DNA from: Squalus acanthias
Lineage: Eukaryota
Direction of reading: 5' to 3'
Length of the DNA stretch: 64,000 nucleotides
NCBI GenBank assembly: GCA_030390025.1
Contig: CM059425.1
Location: forward strand, 162,008,001 to 162,072,000
In this document: positions 1 through 13,570 of the stretch, in pieces
Numbering within the stretch: the stretch's first letter is position 1
Layout: every line of letters starts with the position of its first letter
Notes under the pieces: generated by a model
Told to the model about the DNA's origin: nothing
What the model saw: only the letters and a program-made list of their open reading frames with translations
Databases searched by the model: none
Position numbers and translations under genes: made by a program

Positions 1-2703
1 AGGCATACATTAAGAACATGGACAGCAGGGGAGTGCATGATAAGGGAGAATACGAAGAGATTAGGAGAGAAGTCAAAAAAACAATTAGGAAGGCAAAGAG
101 GAACTATGAAATTTAATTATCAAGGAACATAAAACAAAATAGTAAAATATTTTACAGGCACATCAATAAAAAAGGAACGTTGGGATGGGAATAGGGCCAT
201 TAAGGGATAGACAGGATGATACCACCGGTAACGATAGAGAGATGGCAGAAATATTAAAGAATTATTTTGCTTCAGTATTTACCAGGGTGTTTTAAAACAG
301 GTGGACATAGCATTGGATGATGAGATTAGTAATGAGATAAGTGCATTTAAAATAAAAAGAGGGGATATATTAAATAAACTAATCAATCTCAAAGAGGATA
401 AAACCCCTGATCTGGATGGATTGCATCCACGCATTTCAAAAGAATCTAGGGAAGAGATAGCAGAGGCATTACTACACATATTTAATAATTCATTAGAAAA
501 AGGTGTAGTGCCAGAAGACAGGCGGATAACTAACATAATACCTATATTCAAGAAGGGGGATAGAACATATCCAAGGAATTATAGACCAGTCGCTTAACAT
601 CGGTGGTAGAAAATATAATGGAATCCCTACTAAAGGAGAAAATAGAAGAACATCTAGAAACCAAAAATATAATGGCCCAAAAATTAGTCCCGCGACGCGA
701 GAGTACGCACTGCGTACTCTCGCGTATTCTGTCTCCAATTGCCGGTTTTCTGCATGCACTGCGCATGCGCTGAAAACCGGCACTTGGTTTTTGGAAAAGG
801 GGGCGGTTCCTCGGTGCACCGCGTGCGCGCTACAGGCTGCACGCACGCTGTGCACTTAGTGCTTTGGACGCGCAGGTAAGGACGGAAGATTTTAGAAATG
901 AAAAAAGGAGGAGTAAGACCCACTTTTAACAAGGTAAGTAGTGAATTAAGTATTATTTTGAATTTTTTTTTAACAGGTATATCTTTTTTAGAGACTTTAA
1001 AGACAGCTAAGTTTATTTTTATAACTTTTTAAAAGATTTTAAATTTTTTCAAAAATTGAATTTTTTATTTAAAATGGTTAATTTATTTAACTATACTTAT
1101 TTTATTAATGTGATGGTTTTTTTTTATTTAATTGAGGTTTAGCTGTTATTTTGGGGGTGTGTAAGATTCATAGCTTTCACAGCACTTATGTGAAACTTAT
1201 GAATGGAAGATGGTGTGCTGCCATTGGCTCTAACTGAGTCACGTGATCCCACAGCTCGCACGAATTCACTACGCCGGTGGGATACGCAAGCACTGCCCAG
1301 CTGATGTCTAGAACATCAAGTTCGTGCGAGCTGGATCTGAAAAAGCCAACGCGGAGTGAGAGATCGCGGGGAAGCCTTACCCCCGCGTCAACACTCAGTC
1401 TTTAATTTCTGGGCCAATAAGTAATAGTCAGCATGGATTTCAAAAGGGAAAGTCTTGCTTGACCAATCTCATTGAATTTTTTGAAGAGGTAACAGAGAGA
1501 GTAGACAATGGTAATGCAGTAGATGTAATTTATTTAGATTTTCAAAAGGCCTTCGATAAGGTACTCCATAATAGACTGATGAACAAGTTCAGAGAATGCG
1601 GAGTCAGGGGACAAGTAGCAGAATGGATAGCTAGCTGGCTTCAAGACAGAAAGCAGAGAGTAGGGTTAAAGGGTAGCTATTCACAGTGGCAGAAGGTGAG
1701 TTGTGGTGTTCCACAAGGATCAGTGCTGGGAACACTTGTTCACAATTTATATTAACGATTTAGAATTTGGCATCAAAAACACAATTTCTAAATTTGCGGA
1801 TGGCACCAAATTGGGAGGGATAGTCAATACTGAGGACGAGTACAACAAATTACAGGAGGACATTAATAAACTTGCAGAATGGGCATATAATTGGCAAATG
1901 AAGTTCAACACAGATAAATGTGAGGTATTACATTTTGGTTGGAAGAATAGGGAGGTCACTTATTACTTGGAGGGTGCGAGTCTAAGTGGGATAGAGGAAC
2001 AAAGGGATCTCAGAGTACAAATACACAAATCACTAAAAGTTGCAACACAAAAAAAAAGCAAACCAAGCACACGGGTTTATTTCTAGAGGGATAGAATTGA
2101 AAAGTAGGGAAGTTATGCTAAACCTGTATCGAACCTTGGTTAGACCACACTTAGAGTACTGCGTACAGTTCTGGTCGCCATATTATAAAAAGAATATAGA
2201 GGCACTGGAGAGGGTGCAGAGAAGATTTACAAGGATGATACCAGAATTGCAAGGGTATACATATCATGAAAGGATGAACAGGCTGGGTCTCTTTTTCTCT
2301 TGAAAAAGGTCTAAGGGGTGACCTAATAGAGGTCTTTAAAATTATGAAAGGTTTTGATAGAGTGGATACAGAGAGAATGTTTCCACTTGTGGGGAGGAGC
2401 ATAACTAATCAATATAAGCTAGTCACCAAGAAATCCAATAGGGAATTCAGAAGAAACTTCTTTACCCAAAGAGTGGTGAGAATGTGGAACTCACTATCAT
2501 AGGGAGTGGTTGAAGCGAATAGTATAAATGCATTTAAGGGGAGGCTAGACATGCATATGAGGGAGAAGGGAATAAAGGGTTAGGCTGATAGATTTAGATG
2601 AGGAAAGACAGGAGGAGGCTCGAGTGGAGCATAAACGCCGGCATAGACTGGTTGGGCTGAATGGCCTGTTTCTGTGCCGTATATCCTATGTAATCCTATG
2701 TAA
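1..2703 (+). mobile_element. CR1-clade LINE, ORF2 RT region plus 3' UTR (decayed; interrupted by MITE at 674-1415)
   Basis: RT motifs [48 protein letters not shown] across ORFs 301-2303 with frameshifts; 3' tail ATCCTATGTAATCCTATGTAA. Confidence 0.95.
674..1415. mobile_element. Harbinger-type MITE inserted into CR1
   Basis: Ends GGCCCAAAAATTA / TAATTTCTGGGCC; AAT TSD (671-673, 1416-1418); the empty site is visible in the sister CR1 copy near 58930. Confidence 0.85.
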
Positions 2704-2974
2704 CTTAGGAAAATTAAAATTGCTATCAACTGTACCGCAAACTTTTTAACAAAATATTTAATCATAATCTTTGAACAAGTAGTTTCATGTAGCTCATACC
2801 CAAGTATTCTCTAAGACCACAAATCAAATACATTTAATTATTTATCCCATTCTTAAAACAGACATAAAAGTTTTTTTTTAAATTATTTGTTGCTAGGAGT
2901 TACATGATTCATTTTCATTACCAGAGAACAAGACATTGAATTTAATTTATCAGCTTCAACAAAAGGACACTTAC

Positions 2975-3196
2975 TTTTTCCAGATTCTCTTCTTTTAAAT
3001 TCCCGTGGTATGTAATCCCAATCTTTCGGAATTTTACTGAGCAAACTTTCAGGAAGCATTTGCTTATGATGACATGTGCCAGGAATCTCTACTGCTTGCC
3101 ACACAAGAACCAAAGAGATGACCTGCTTTACAATTGTCTTGATTGCTTTGGATATGTAGAGTTTCAGACACCTTAGCACCTCTGACTTATCTGCAG
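2975..3196 (-). CDS. KIAA0825: KIAA0825-like protein, coding exon (8th in window)
   Basis: AG/GTAAGT boundaries, phase 1-1, 222 nt; EVLRCLKL...LPESLLSKIPKDWDYIPREFKRRESGK resembles recalled human EVIRCLRL...VPDCLLESMPKEWNYSPKETNRKESCK; alternative in-frame acceptor 6 nt inside (start 3190). Confidence 0.85.
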
Positions 3197-3428
3197 CTGC
3201 AAGTGGTGATAATATTAATCAACTTTCAAACTTACTACTTAAGATAAATTGCATTTAATATTCATACACAGTGGAATCCTGTTATAGTTAGTCTTTTTTT
3301 GCTAACACAAAATATAACTTCATCAGAAGTTTTACTGTATTTGGCGCCAGTTGCCTTAGTTTTACTCACTAGCATTTTAACAAAGATAGACAACAATTTC
3401 AGGTTTGGTTACAGTAAACAGTCACCTT

Positions 3429-4203
3429 GGACTGAATTTAAATGGGGAAGGCGGGTTGGGAGCGGGAGTTTCCGAAGCAGTCGGAAAAACCGGGAGAACG
3501 GGTTTCCTGCAGGCCCTGCCGAAGTTAACGGCAGGGCTTGACTTGCATGGGAAGCCTGTTTCCCACCCGCAGCCAGCCAGATTGAGAGGCTGGCTGGCTC
3601 CGGGCATGTAGGCCTTTGGCACTAGGCTGCAGAGCGGAGGAAGGGAGGGGTCGCGTGGGAGCCAGGGGAGTGGCCGGAGGAGCGGGGGGAGGGTGGGGCA
3701 TCACAAGTGATCACAGGCCAGGAGGAGCACGGGGGGCAGGCGCAGGCATGGAGGGGGGTGGAGCCTCGTGGTGGGGAAGAGGCCTGGGGTGGTGGGGATG
3801 CCTATGGAGGGAAGGGGGGGGAGGAAGGAATTGGCCTGGGGGAGAGGTCGCCGATCGCGGGGGGTGGGTTAGGTAGGGACCCAGAAGATAAGTGTAAAGG
3901 CACTTACCTCCTGGATCCAGCAGTCCTCACCTTGCATTAGCTGGCGGGTTTCACAAGGTGTGCAAAACCTGACCAGCTTAAGTTAAATTCAAAATGGAGG
4001 TTAAAGCAGAGGCTTCCAGTCTTATTATAATATTTAAATAGACGACTCGTCTCCTTGCAGCAGATTGGCTGTCCACTGCCCCGTCTCTGTTAAAACCAGA
4101 AGTGAGCGGGTTGGAGGCGGGTTCAGGTCAGGATTCAGATTTTTAACACTTTAACGTTCCACACGCCCCCAACCCACCCTTTTTTTAGGTTAAAATTCCC
4201 CCC
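3429..4203. mobile_element. Non-autonomous Harbinger-type element (GGCGGG subterminal family)
   Basis: Ends GGACTGAATTTAA / TTAAAATTCCCCCC; body homologous to 14572-15212 and 17005-18550. Confidence 0.7.
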
Positions 4204-4271
4204 CTCAGGTTAAAATCCCCCCCCCCTCAGGTTAAAATTTCCCCCCCCCTCAGGTTAAAATTACCCCCCTC
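4187..4271. repeat. Four tandem copies of the element's right terminus, AGGTTAAAAT..(C)nTC
   Basis: Four directly visible units of about 20-23 bp. Confidence 0.9.
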
Positions 4272-4748
4272 ATCTCTAAAGTACTGCATTCTCAACATTT
4301 AATCCAAAGAAATTGCTAAATTCTGTTTTTTTCAGATTATGAGCCTAACTACACTCTGCAGAAAAATATTGATTCTGAATCCTGTTGGTACATTGACATG
4401 AACACATTAAACGATGTAATTGAGAGCATTGACCAGCACACAAACACTAAATAATTTATCGATTAACTACAATATTACTATATTATATCAAGCAGCTACT
4501 TAGAAATGTGTTTGTCATGAAATGTACCTGATTTTTGGCAGCCGAGCTAGAGGTCTAAATCAATTTATCGGGTTAAATTGCAACTAAAATTAAAATGACA
4601 ACTTTTTGAATAGGTCTATAACAGAGTTGTAATTGGTTACGCAAGTGTAATGCTCCGCGAGTAATCCTCACAGATATCCTACAATTGGACTCAATATGCT
4701 TGAGTTCAGGATGGGTAAAGGCAGCTAGTGAACCCCACAAGAAACTGT

Positions 4749-7700
4749 GGGGGTGAAATTCGATAAGGCCCGAAAACAGGCGGGGGCACTGCGAGGCGAG
4801 ATTTGCTCGTGCCCATTTAGAAAGCGCAGGCAGCACGTTAATTTGATGTTGCCTGCAAATCTGAATGATTTTAGTGCACAGCCCAGCGATGAACACGCTG
4901 CTTCAAGCTGTGCGCTCAGCAGGAGGCCCAAAGTTTTCTTAAAGCAAGGCTGTCAGTTTTGAAAGCAGTCTCGAGCCCTTAAAAGATGACTGCCTTCTGA
5001 AAAATAAATTAAAAATCATTCAAAAATAGCCAGTCTCCAGCCCTTAAAGCTCAACTGCCTTCTGATAAAAAAATTAAAAATCATTCCAAATTAGACAGTC
5101 TTCAGCTCTTAAAGCTGAACTGCCTTCTGCACGTAAAAAATGGTAAAAGTGCTTTAGTGCCAACACAAATGGCTCAACAGGCCAGGGAAAGGGCACCTAG
5201 GATCTTACACGCAGCACTCCAGCTTTGTGCAGGGGGTCAAAACTGGAAGAGAGGTACTCTAGCTACAGGGGACCAGGAGGCCCTCCAGACAGAAGGATGT
5301 GGGGCCAGATCGCTGAGGCAGTCACTGCCAGCAGTGTCGTCCCCAGGACCTGGCTCCCGTGCCCAAAGAAGTTTCATGACCTCAGACAAGTGGTCTAGGT
5401 CAGTGAATGCATCTTCAAAAGCCGTCTCCTACCAACTGCACCACTAGTCTCACAAACTATCCAATGCACGACCTCCCCCAATCACTCACCTAACAAAAAC
5501 CTCTACCAAACACGAGGCACACCTCACATTCCAAGCTTCACCTCACCCCTTTGGAGGAGACGGTGCTGGCCATTCTTGGCAGGGACATGGCTGAGCCCTT
5601 GGCCAGCGGCGGGGCTGAAAGAATACAAGATGCCGGTATCCTCATACATTATCCTCCTTCTCATATCCCACTTCCCCCTCATCCCACAATATCGTCTGAT
5701 GTACAAGCTGCACATGCTTTCCCACCCTCCCCTCACCACAACCCTACCCTTGTGCCTTACTCATTTCAGACACCCAAGAAATCCAGCCTGCCCAGCCAAT
5801 GGTTCACCAAGAAGAGGGAGAGGAGAGTGAAGAAGAAGAAACACCGTCACTCGATTTTACACTCGCAGCCACCAGCTCCTCGAGGTTGACCTGCAAGGCC
5901 ATCTGCAGTGTCCTCCACTGAAAGTTAACAGCCTTCTACCAGCCATGCTGCAGCCACTGGGGAAGCGTTGCGTAACATCACTAGGAAAGGCAAAGGCACA
6001 CTTAGGACAGTCACGAAGGGAATGCACAGGGTGATTAGTTGATTTTTTGATGTAATATTGAATGCATATATGGATAAACTTGCACTGGAAAGTTTGCTTT
6101 GTGGTGGCTTTTGGGGTTGTGGTCACTGGTACTGCAGGTGGATGATTCAATCTCGGATATCCCAGCCAGAAAGGGGCTTCTTCCTCTTCTGCTTCTTCCT
6201 CTTCCCTCTGCAAGCAGCTTGTTCCCTTTGCTGCATCTCCAGAACTGGGAGCAAGTGGTCTTCTCGGAGGTCTTGCTTTAACATCCAAAGCCTACAAGCG
6301 TCCAGCAGCACTCCCTGCACACTTTAACAATTTTTTTAATGTCTTGCACCAAGCCACTACTCCAATAAGATGTAAAAAACAATCCAAAATCTGAAATTGA
6401 AACTTACCTGTAAGATGTGTGTGTCCCTCTAAGAAGCGCTGACAGCATCTCTGTACAACTGCTGCACGCACATTCTTCCGTGCATGGTTAGGAGAGGGCG
6501 GTATGGAAAGTGGTGACATCCAAAATTGCTGTCATGCATCAATTCAGGCGTTGCACGCCGATTTTTTTTTATATTCGTTTTTATGGGATGTGGGCATTTC
6601 TGGCAAGACCAGCATTTATTGCCCATCCCTAATTGCCCTTGAGAAGGTGGTGGTGAGCCGCCTTCTTGAACCGCTGCAGTCCGTGTGGTGAAGGTACTCC
6701 CACGGTGCTGTTAGTTAGGGAGTTCCAGGATTTTGACCTAGCGACGATGAAGGATCGGTGATATACTTCTAAGTCAGGATGGTGTGTGACTTGGAGGGGA
6801 ACTTGGAGGTGGTGGTGTTCCCATGCTGTCCTTGTCCTTCTAGGTGGAAGAAGTCGCAGGTTTGGGAGGTGCTGCCGAAGAAGCCTTGGCGATTTGCTGC
6901 AGTGCGTCTTGTAGATGGTGCAGCCACGGTACGCCGGTGGTGGAGGGAGTGAATGTTTAAGGTGGTGGATGGGGAGCCAATCAAGTGGGCTGCTTTGTCC
7001 TGGATGGTGTCAAGCTTCTTGAGTGTTGATGGAGCTGCACTCATCCAGGCATGTGGAGAGTATTCCATCACATTCCTTACTTATGCCTTGTAGATGGTGG
7101 AAAGGCTTGGGGAGTCAGGAGGTGAGACACTCGCCGCAGAATACCTAGCCTCTGACCTGCTCTTGTTGCCACAGTATTTATGTGGCTGGTGCAGTTAAGT
7201 TTCTGGTCAATAGTGACCCCTAGGATGTTGATGGTGGGGGATTCGGTGATGGTAATGCCGTTGAATGTCTTGGGGAGGTGGTTAGACTCTCGCTAGTTGG
7301 AGATAGTCATTGCCTGGCACTTCTGTGGCGCGAATGTTACCTGCCACTTATCAGCCCAAGCCTAAACGTCGTCCAGGTCTTTTTGCACGCGGGCATGGAC
7401 TGCTTCATTATCTGAGGAGTTGTGAATGGCGATATACTTCTAAGTCAGGATGGTGTGTGACTTGGAGGAGAACTTGGAGGTGGGGGTGTTCTCATGATCC
7501 TTCATTGTGAATTGAGTTGTGCAGTCATCAGCGAACATCCCCATTTCTGACCTTATGTTGAAGGGAAGGTCATTGATGAAGCAGCTGAAGATGGTTGGGC
7601 CTAGGACACTGCCCTGAGGAACTCCTGCAGTGATGTCCTGGGGCTGTGATGATTGACCTTCAACCACCACAACCATCTTCCTTTGTGCTAGGTATGCCAG

Positions 7701-8335
7701 TCAGTGGAGCGTTTTCCCCCCCCGATTCCCATTGACTTCACTTTTACCAGGGCTCCTTGATGCCACACTCGGTCAAATGCAGCATTGCTGTCAAGGGCAG
7801 CGCTCTCACCTCACCTCTGGAATTCAGCTCCTTTGTCCATGTTTGGACCAAGGCTGTAATGAGGTCGGGAGCCGAGCAGTCTTGGCAGAACCCAAACTGG
7901 GCATCAGTGATCAGGTTATTGGTGAGTAAGTGCCGCTTGATAGCACTGTCGATGACACCTTCCATCACTTTGCTGATGATTGAGTGTAGACTGATGGGGC
8001 GGTAATTGGCTGGGTTGGATTTGTCTTGCTTTTTGTGGACAGGACATACCTGGGCAGTTTGCCACATTGTCGGATAGATGCCAGTGTTGTAGCTGTACTG
8101 GAGCAGCTTGGCTAGCGGCGCGGCTAGTTCTGGAGCACAAGACGTTACGATCGGCATATCCACATGGAAGAGGTGAGCGCAGCCAACAGCAGCGCTGCCA
8201 ACTGCAGCACTGCAGCCCTCTCCAAAACGGCAGCCGCCGTGTTCCACGCTGGAAGCAGGTAGAAGCAAGGTGGCCACCATTTATTCAACAAAACCGGCCT
8301 TAACGGCTGGCGCTACAGCCTCAAATATCGCAGCC
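4749..8335. mobile_element. Harbinger deletion derivative with Myb remnant, split by a LINE
   Basis: Ends GGGGGTGAAATT / AATATCGCAGCC with TGT TSD; decayed Myb start MAQQARERAPR at about 5169; acidic transposase-tail-like remnant at about 6180 on the minus strand. Confidence 0.7.
6563..8143 (-). mobile_element. CR1/L2-group LINE, 5'-truncated RT plus 3' UTR
   Basis: [41 protein letters not shown]-rich 3' end near 6563; same family as 46277-49778. Confidence 0.9.
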
Positions 8336-9319
8336 TGTGTATTTATCAGGACAGAATTAAGCTTGGCTGTGATGGCCACTATGATCAAACAGCCTGCTAA
8401 TATTTGCTGTCTAGGCTGACATGAAGAAATTCCACTTCCAGTCACTTCCTTCAGGAGAGGACAGGAGAAGAGGGAAGAAAATTGGGAAAGAAAGAGAAAA
8501 ATACACAGAAGTGCAAATATTATTTTAAATTAAATGGGGTTAATTTTGAAATAAACATCCCAAAGTGAAAAGTAGTTTTTTTACTGGCAATAAGTTAGGG
8601 GCCTGCAAATCAGCAAGGCCAATATCCCAATGTAAGTGCCAGAATCAAGGACCCGGAAGACGGATCATGGGAATGCTCCGGAAGCACAAAGGAATTTGGG
8701 GAAGCATTTTAAAGGTGCACAATCGGTGCAAATGGCTTCCACCCAATTTACTTGCTCTGAAAATTCCCGATGCCATATTTACACTACTAATGCACTAAAA
8801 ATGGTGTGGGAACTCGTTTGTTAAATATTGAACTTAGTTATATTATTGTCCAATGTTTATGTATGGTTTCCAACTTGTAAATCAAAAATTAAATTTTAAT
8901 CCTAGCCCCCATATTCAACGGCCGGGAATTTACAGTCGGGATGACGGCAAACTGGCAGCATTCGCCGTCATTCCGCCTTTGAAACCGTGCGCAACTTCGG
9001 GATTTGGCGCATGCGGAAATTCTGAAGTTGCGGTCTGTTATTCACAGCTCCGATACAGGCTGCGCTGTGCCCCCCCCCACAACCCCAGAGCCGGCAATCA
9101 GTGTAATCACCCAAATCAGGGAAACTGACAATATGTTCGGCTCTTCCGTAGTAAATACGCTGTTAAATTCCCCACTAAAAGTTAGATCCAAAGGGATTAG
9201 GTGTAACTGGGGGTTTAACAGCGTATTGACTGCTAAACAAAGGTTAAGGGCCAAAAAAACTAATTTTAATTTTGTGCATTGTGAAATTTGTCCATTTTAA
9301 TAAATATTTTAGAAACATA

Positions 9320-9928
9320 GGGGTAAAAATTGGGTAGCGCCCCAAAAAGGTTAGCGCCCCCGCGGCTCATTTTCCCAGGTAGCGCCCCGAGAGGGAGGAG
9401 GAGTGCTGCTGGAAGTGCCCCGCATACCCTTTTGGGGCGCTGCGAGCCAATATCCCTGCGGCACGTCGCGCCGCGGTACTGTAGGCCTTCCTGCCCTTAT
9501 TAAAGGAGAGGGCCCTGGCACAGCGCATCACCAGGGATCGGGAGTGCCGACAAACGAACCCGGCACTCAAGAGGAGTGCCGGGCTCATGGAGAGCAGTCG
9601 GCACCCCGCTGGGGGGCTTCACGGGGGCCGGGGACAGCAACGGGGGCAGGTGCTGGCAGGCGGCCAGCAACAAAAATGGCCGCCCGCCACCTCCCCTTTA
9701 ACTAGCGCCGCCCCGGCCGCAGGTAGGCCCCCCTGACCCTGTCGGACATAGTGTCCGGTGGTAAGTCGTGGGGGCGCCACCCAATATTACAGCCGGGGCG
9801 CGAGCGGGGCACTGCGCACGGTGATGACGTCATCGCTGGCGGCGCAGCGCCGCCACTAACCTCCCGCTGAATTTGCGCCTCCCGTTAGGGCGCTAACGGG
9901 AGGCGCAAATCAACCAAATTTAGTCCCC
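9320..9928. mobile_element. Harbinger MITE (GGCGCTA subterminal family)
   Basis: Ends GGGGTAAAAATTGG / CCAAATTTAGTCCCC, ATA TSD; right end similar to that of the full-length element 38318-42436. Confidence 0.85.
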
Positions 9929-10420
9929 ATAGAAATATAGTAAAATAGGAGCAGGAGTAGGCCATTCGGCCCTTCGAGCCTGCTCCGCCATTCAATATGA
10001 TCATGGCTGATCCTCTATCTCAATACCATATTCCCGCTCTCTCCCCATACCCCTTGATGCCTTTTGTGTCTAGAAATCTATCTATCTCCTTCTTAAATAT
10101 ATTCAGTGACTTGGCCTCCACAGCTGTCTGTCGTAGAGAATTCCACAGGTTCACCACCTTCTGAGTGAAGAAAGTTCTCCTCATCTCAGTCCTAAATGTC
10201 CTACCCCGTATCCTGAGTCTGTGACCCCTCGTTCTAGACCGACCAGCCAATGGAAACATCCTCCCTGCATCCAGTCTGTCTAGCCCTGTCAGAATTTTAT
10301 AAGTTTCCACGAGATCCCCTCTCATTCTTCTGATCTCTAGTGAATACAGGCCTAGTCGACCCAATCTCTCCTCATACGACAGTCCTGCCATCCCAGGAAT
10401 CAGTCTCTATGGCAAGTATT
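9929..10420 (-). mobile_element. CR1 LINE 3' fragment
   Basis: ORF LSYEERLGRLGLYSLE..RGDLVETYKIL..VVNLWNSL; very similar to 31290-31800. Confidence 0.92.
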
Positions 10421-11170
10421 TTAATTTTTAAGAAACTTTAAAAAAAAAAAAAAAATTTTTTAATGTTTGCCCATGTTTATTTCAGGTTTGTGTTTCCCCA
10501 TGTGAGGGCCCCAATCTTTGTTTTGCTCTCTCTAACATTTTTGAAAAATTAGAATTTTAAGAGCTTCTTTGTTCGCTGTCTGTGAGAATTCTGCGTTTTG
10601 ATTGGCTGCTTAGACAGCTTCTTGACATCACAGCAGCTCGCACAAGGGGATCCTCACTAACCTCCGTTGATTTGAATTGAATGCCGGAAAACCTAAAGTC
10701 CTCAACACAAAGATTGTGAGATCCTTGTGCGAAGCCTAATTCGGGGTCAGCGGCGAACGCCTTCGCTTCGTCACTGACCGCAAATTCCGGGCCGTTACGT
10801 TTTTAAATTCCAGCCTTTAAAAGTACTCACTCAGTTTTGGAATTAGTCAAAAATTACATATCTCAGGTGTTTCGTTTGCAGCTTTTTAAAATAATTCTGG
10901 TATTAATGCACGGAATTTGTGACCAGAAAATGCTATCCCTGCTCTGTTTCCTAAGAATTCCCTCCTCCCCCATAAGTTCAAAGCCAATATGATCATTTGT
11001 TTTTACTTTCTTTTCAACTGAAAAGATTTTAAAAAATTATTCATGAAAAAAAATCAATCTGCAACATTTTGTCAGTGGCTACGTTCTGTTCCTTAATCAA
11101 ATTACAGTTCAATTTTCAACATTAATATGCATAAAAGTCACAAATAGATTATAATGTTGTTACATCACAC

Positions 11171-11356
11171 CTGATAAATAATACAACTGATTCCACAGTT
11201 GGTGTTTGTCCATATAGCTTTCAAGAACAACACTGAGACATCTGGGCAATGATTTGCAGTACATCATCACCATCATGATTGCTTCTATCAATTTGGACTG
11301 TTCATCATTGTTTTTTTCCTTTGTTTGTGTATCATCAAACTTCTCTTGATCAATAG
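11171..11356 (-). CDS. KIAA0825: KIAA0825-like protein, coding exon (7th in window)
   Basis: ttttctag acceptor and GTGTGA donor, phase 1-1, 186 nt; LIEAIMMVMMYC...SYMDKHQLWNQLY resembles recalled LMEAIFKILYHC...SYMEEEQLWDFLY. Confidence 0.85.
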
Positions 11357-11479
11357 CTAGAAAACAAAACAAGCAATATGTTTTCAGAAAGAATATTCAT
11401 ACTTTGAGACTCATTCAGCTAACAAGATTTCAATGGCTGACGTAGGCATTTTTTCTTAGACTCATAATAAAGGGAATTT

Positions 11480-13194
11480 TCTTGAAGTCCCCTAGTCCCA
11501 CTGGGTCAAACTTCCTCTAAGGATCCCCCCTGCCCTAGCATCTTTTTCTAGTTTCTCTCCAATCTCCCCTCATGCCCTCTCCGAGCTCATCTTGTCCATG
11601 AGACCCACCTCCTGCTCCCTCGACCCTTTTCCCACTAAACTGCTGACCACCCAACTTCCTTACCTGGCTCCCATGTTAGCTGATATTGTTTATGGTTCTC
11701 TCTCCTCAGGTACTGCTCCCCTCTCCTTCAAATCTGCCATCATCACCCCTCTCCTCAAAGAACCAACAGTTCTTACAAATTACCGCTCCATCTCCAACCT
11801 CCCTTTCCTCTCCAAAGTCCTTGAACGTGCTGTTGCCTCCCACATCCGTGCCCATCTTTCCCGCAACTCCATGCTTGAATCAGTCTAACCAGGTTTCCGT
11901 CCCTGCCACTGTACCGAAACGTCTCTTTTCAAAGTTAGAAATGATATCCTATGTGACTGTGACGAAGGTAAACTATCTCTCCTCATCCTTCTCGACCTAC
12001 CTGCAGTCTTTGACATGGTTGACTATACCATCCTTCTCCAATGCCTTTCCACCATCGTCCAGCAGGGTGGGACTGCACTCACCTGGTTCCATTCTTATCT
12101 ATCCAGTCGTAGCCAAAGAATCTTCTCTTCCTGCTCCCGCACCGTTTCCTCTGGTGTCCCCCAAGGATCTATCCTCGGCTCCCTCCTATTTCTCATCTAC
12201 ATGCTGCCCCTCGGTGACATCATCCGAAAACACAGCATCAGTTTCCACATGGACACTGATGACACCCAGTTCTACCTCACCACCACCTCTTTCGACCCCA
12301 CCACTGTCTTTAAATTGTCAGACTGCATCTAGTACTGGATAAGCAAAAATTTCCTCCAACTAAATATTGGAACGACCGAAGCTATTGTTTTTGGTCCCTG
12401 CCACAAACACCATTCCCTAGCCACCGACTCCATCCCTCTCCCTGGCAACTGTTTGAGGCTGAACCAGACTGTTCGCAACCTTGGTGTGATTATTTGACCC
12501 TGAGATGAGCTTCCGACTACATATCCACGTCATCAGTAAGACCGCCTATTTCCACCTCCGTAACATCGCCCGACTCCGCCCCTGCCTCAGCTCATCTGCT
12601 GCTGAAACCCTCATCCATGCCTTTGTTACTTCTAGACTTGACTATTCCAACGCACTTCTGGCCGGCCTCCCACGTTCTACCCTCCGTAAACCTGAGGTCA
12701 TCCAAAACTCTGCTGCCCGTTTCCTAACTTGCACCAAGACCCGTTCGCCCATCACCCCTGTGCTCGCTGACCTACATTGGCTCCTGGTTAAGCAATGCCT
12801 CAATTTTAAAATTCTCATCGTTGTTTTCAAATCCCTCCATGGCCTTGCCCCTCCTTATCTCTGTAATCTCTGTAATCTCCTCCAGCCCCACAACCCTCCG
12901 AGATATCTGCGCTCCTCCAATTTTGGCCTCTTCAGCATCCCCGATTTTAATTGCTCCACCATTGGTGACCGTGCCTTCAGCTGCCAAGGCCCTAAGCTCT
13001 GGAATTCCCTCCCTAAACCTCTCTGCCTCTCTTTCCTCCTTTAAGATGCTCTTTAAAACCTACCTCGCCATCTGTCCTAATATCTCCTTATGTGGCTTGT
13101 TGTCAAATTTTGTTTGATAACACTCCTGTTAAGCGCCTTGAGACATTTTACTATGTTAAAGGTGCTATATAAATACAGGTTGCTGTTGTTGTTG
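11480..13194 (+). mobile_element. L2-clade LINE, 5'-truncated
   Basis: SCSLDPFPTKLL, NYRSISNLPFLSKVLE, GVPQGSILG, DDTQFY, LIHAFVTSRLDYSNALL; tail CTATATAAAT...(GTT)n. Confidence 0.93.
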
Positions 13195-13570
13195 AGGTTA
13201 AGTATTGCATTGATGAAGAGACCCTGATTGCTACAGCACATCCACAAAAAAATGACACAATACAACGATCATAGCATAAATTATGAATAGAGGGGAAATA
13301 ACAGCAGTATGCAGGAAACTGAGTGATATATGTTTCAGATAGTTAGATGTAAGGTACTGTTTGATTTTTTTCTTGTCTGAGCTCACTGCTTAGGGAGCTC
13401 CATAGAGCAGCACCAGAAGAAAACTGGAAGTTCCACTGGGTAGGGCTACAGTAAAACTGTAAGTTCAATGCAGCAGAACATTGGTAAAACAGGGAGCTGC
13501 TCTACAGAGTATGTCTATAATAAAATGAGAGGATGCATACATTAGAAATGGGTTAAAACTGGAAAACTAG

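Larger units (their letters stand above)
8920..10793. mobile_element. Harbinger-type MITE hosting a nested CR1 3' end and a second MITE
   Basis: Imperfect TIR GGCCGGGAATTTACAGTC / GACCGCAAATTCCGGGCC; AT-rich core like that of 674-1415; no clean TSD. Confidence 0.65.

Noticed and set aside
7431..7500. Repeat of the LINE 3' UTR segment (6761-6825) inside the RT region
   Set aside because: Real, but most simply a small rearrangement or nested fragment in a dead LINE; no functional signal
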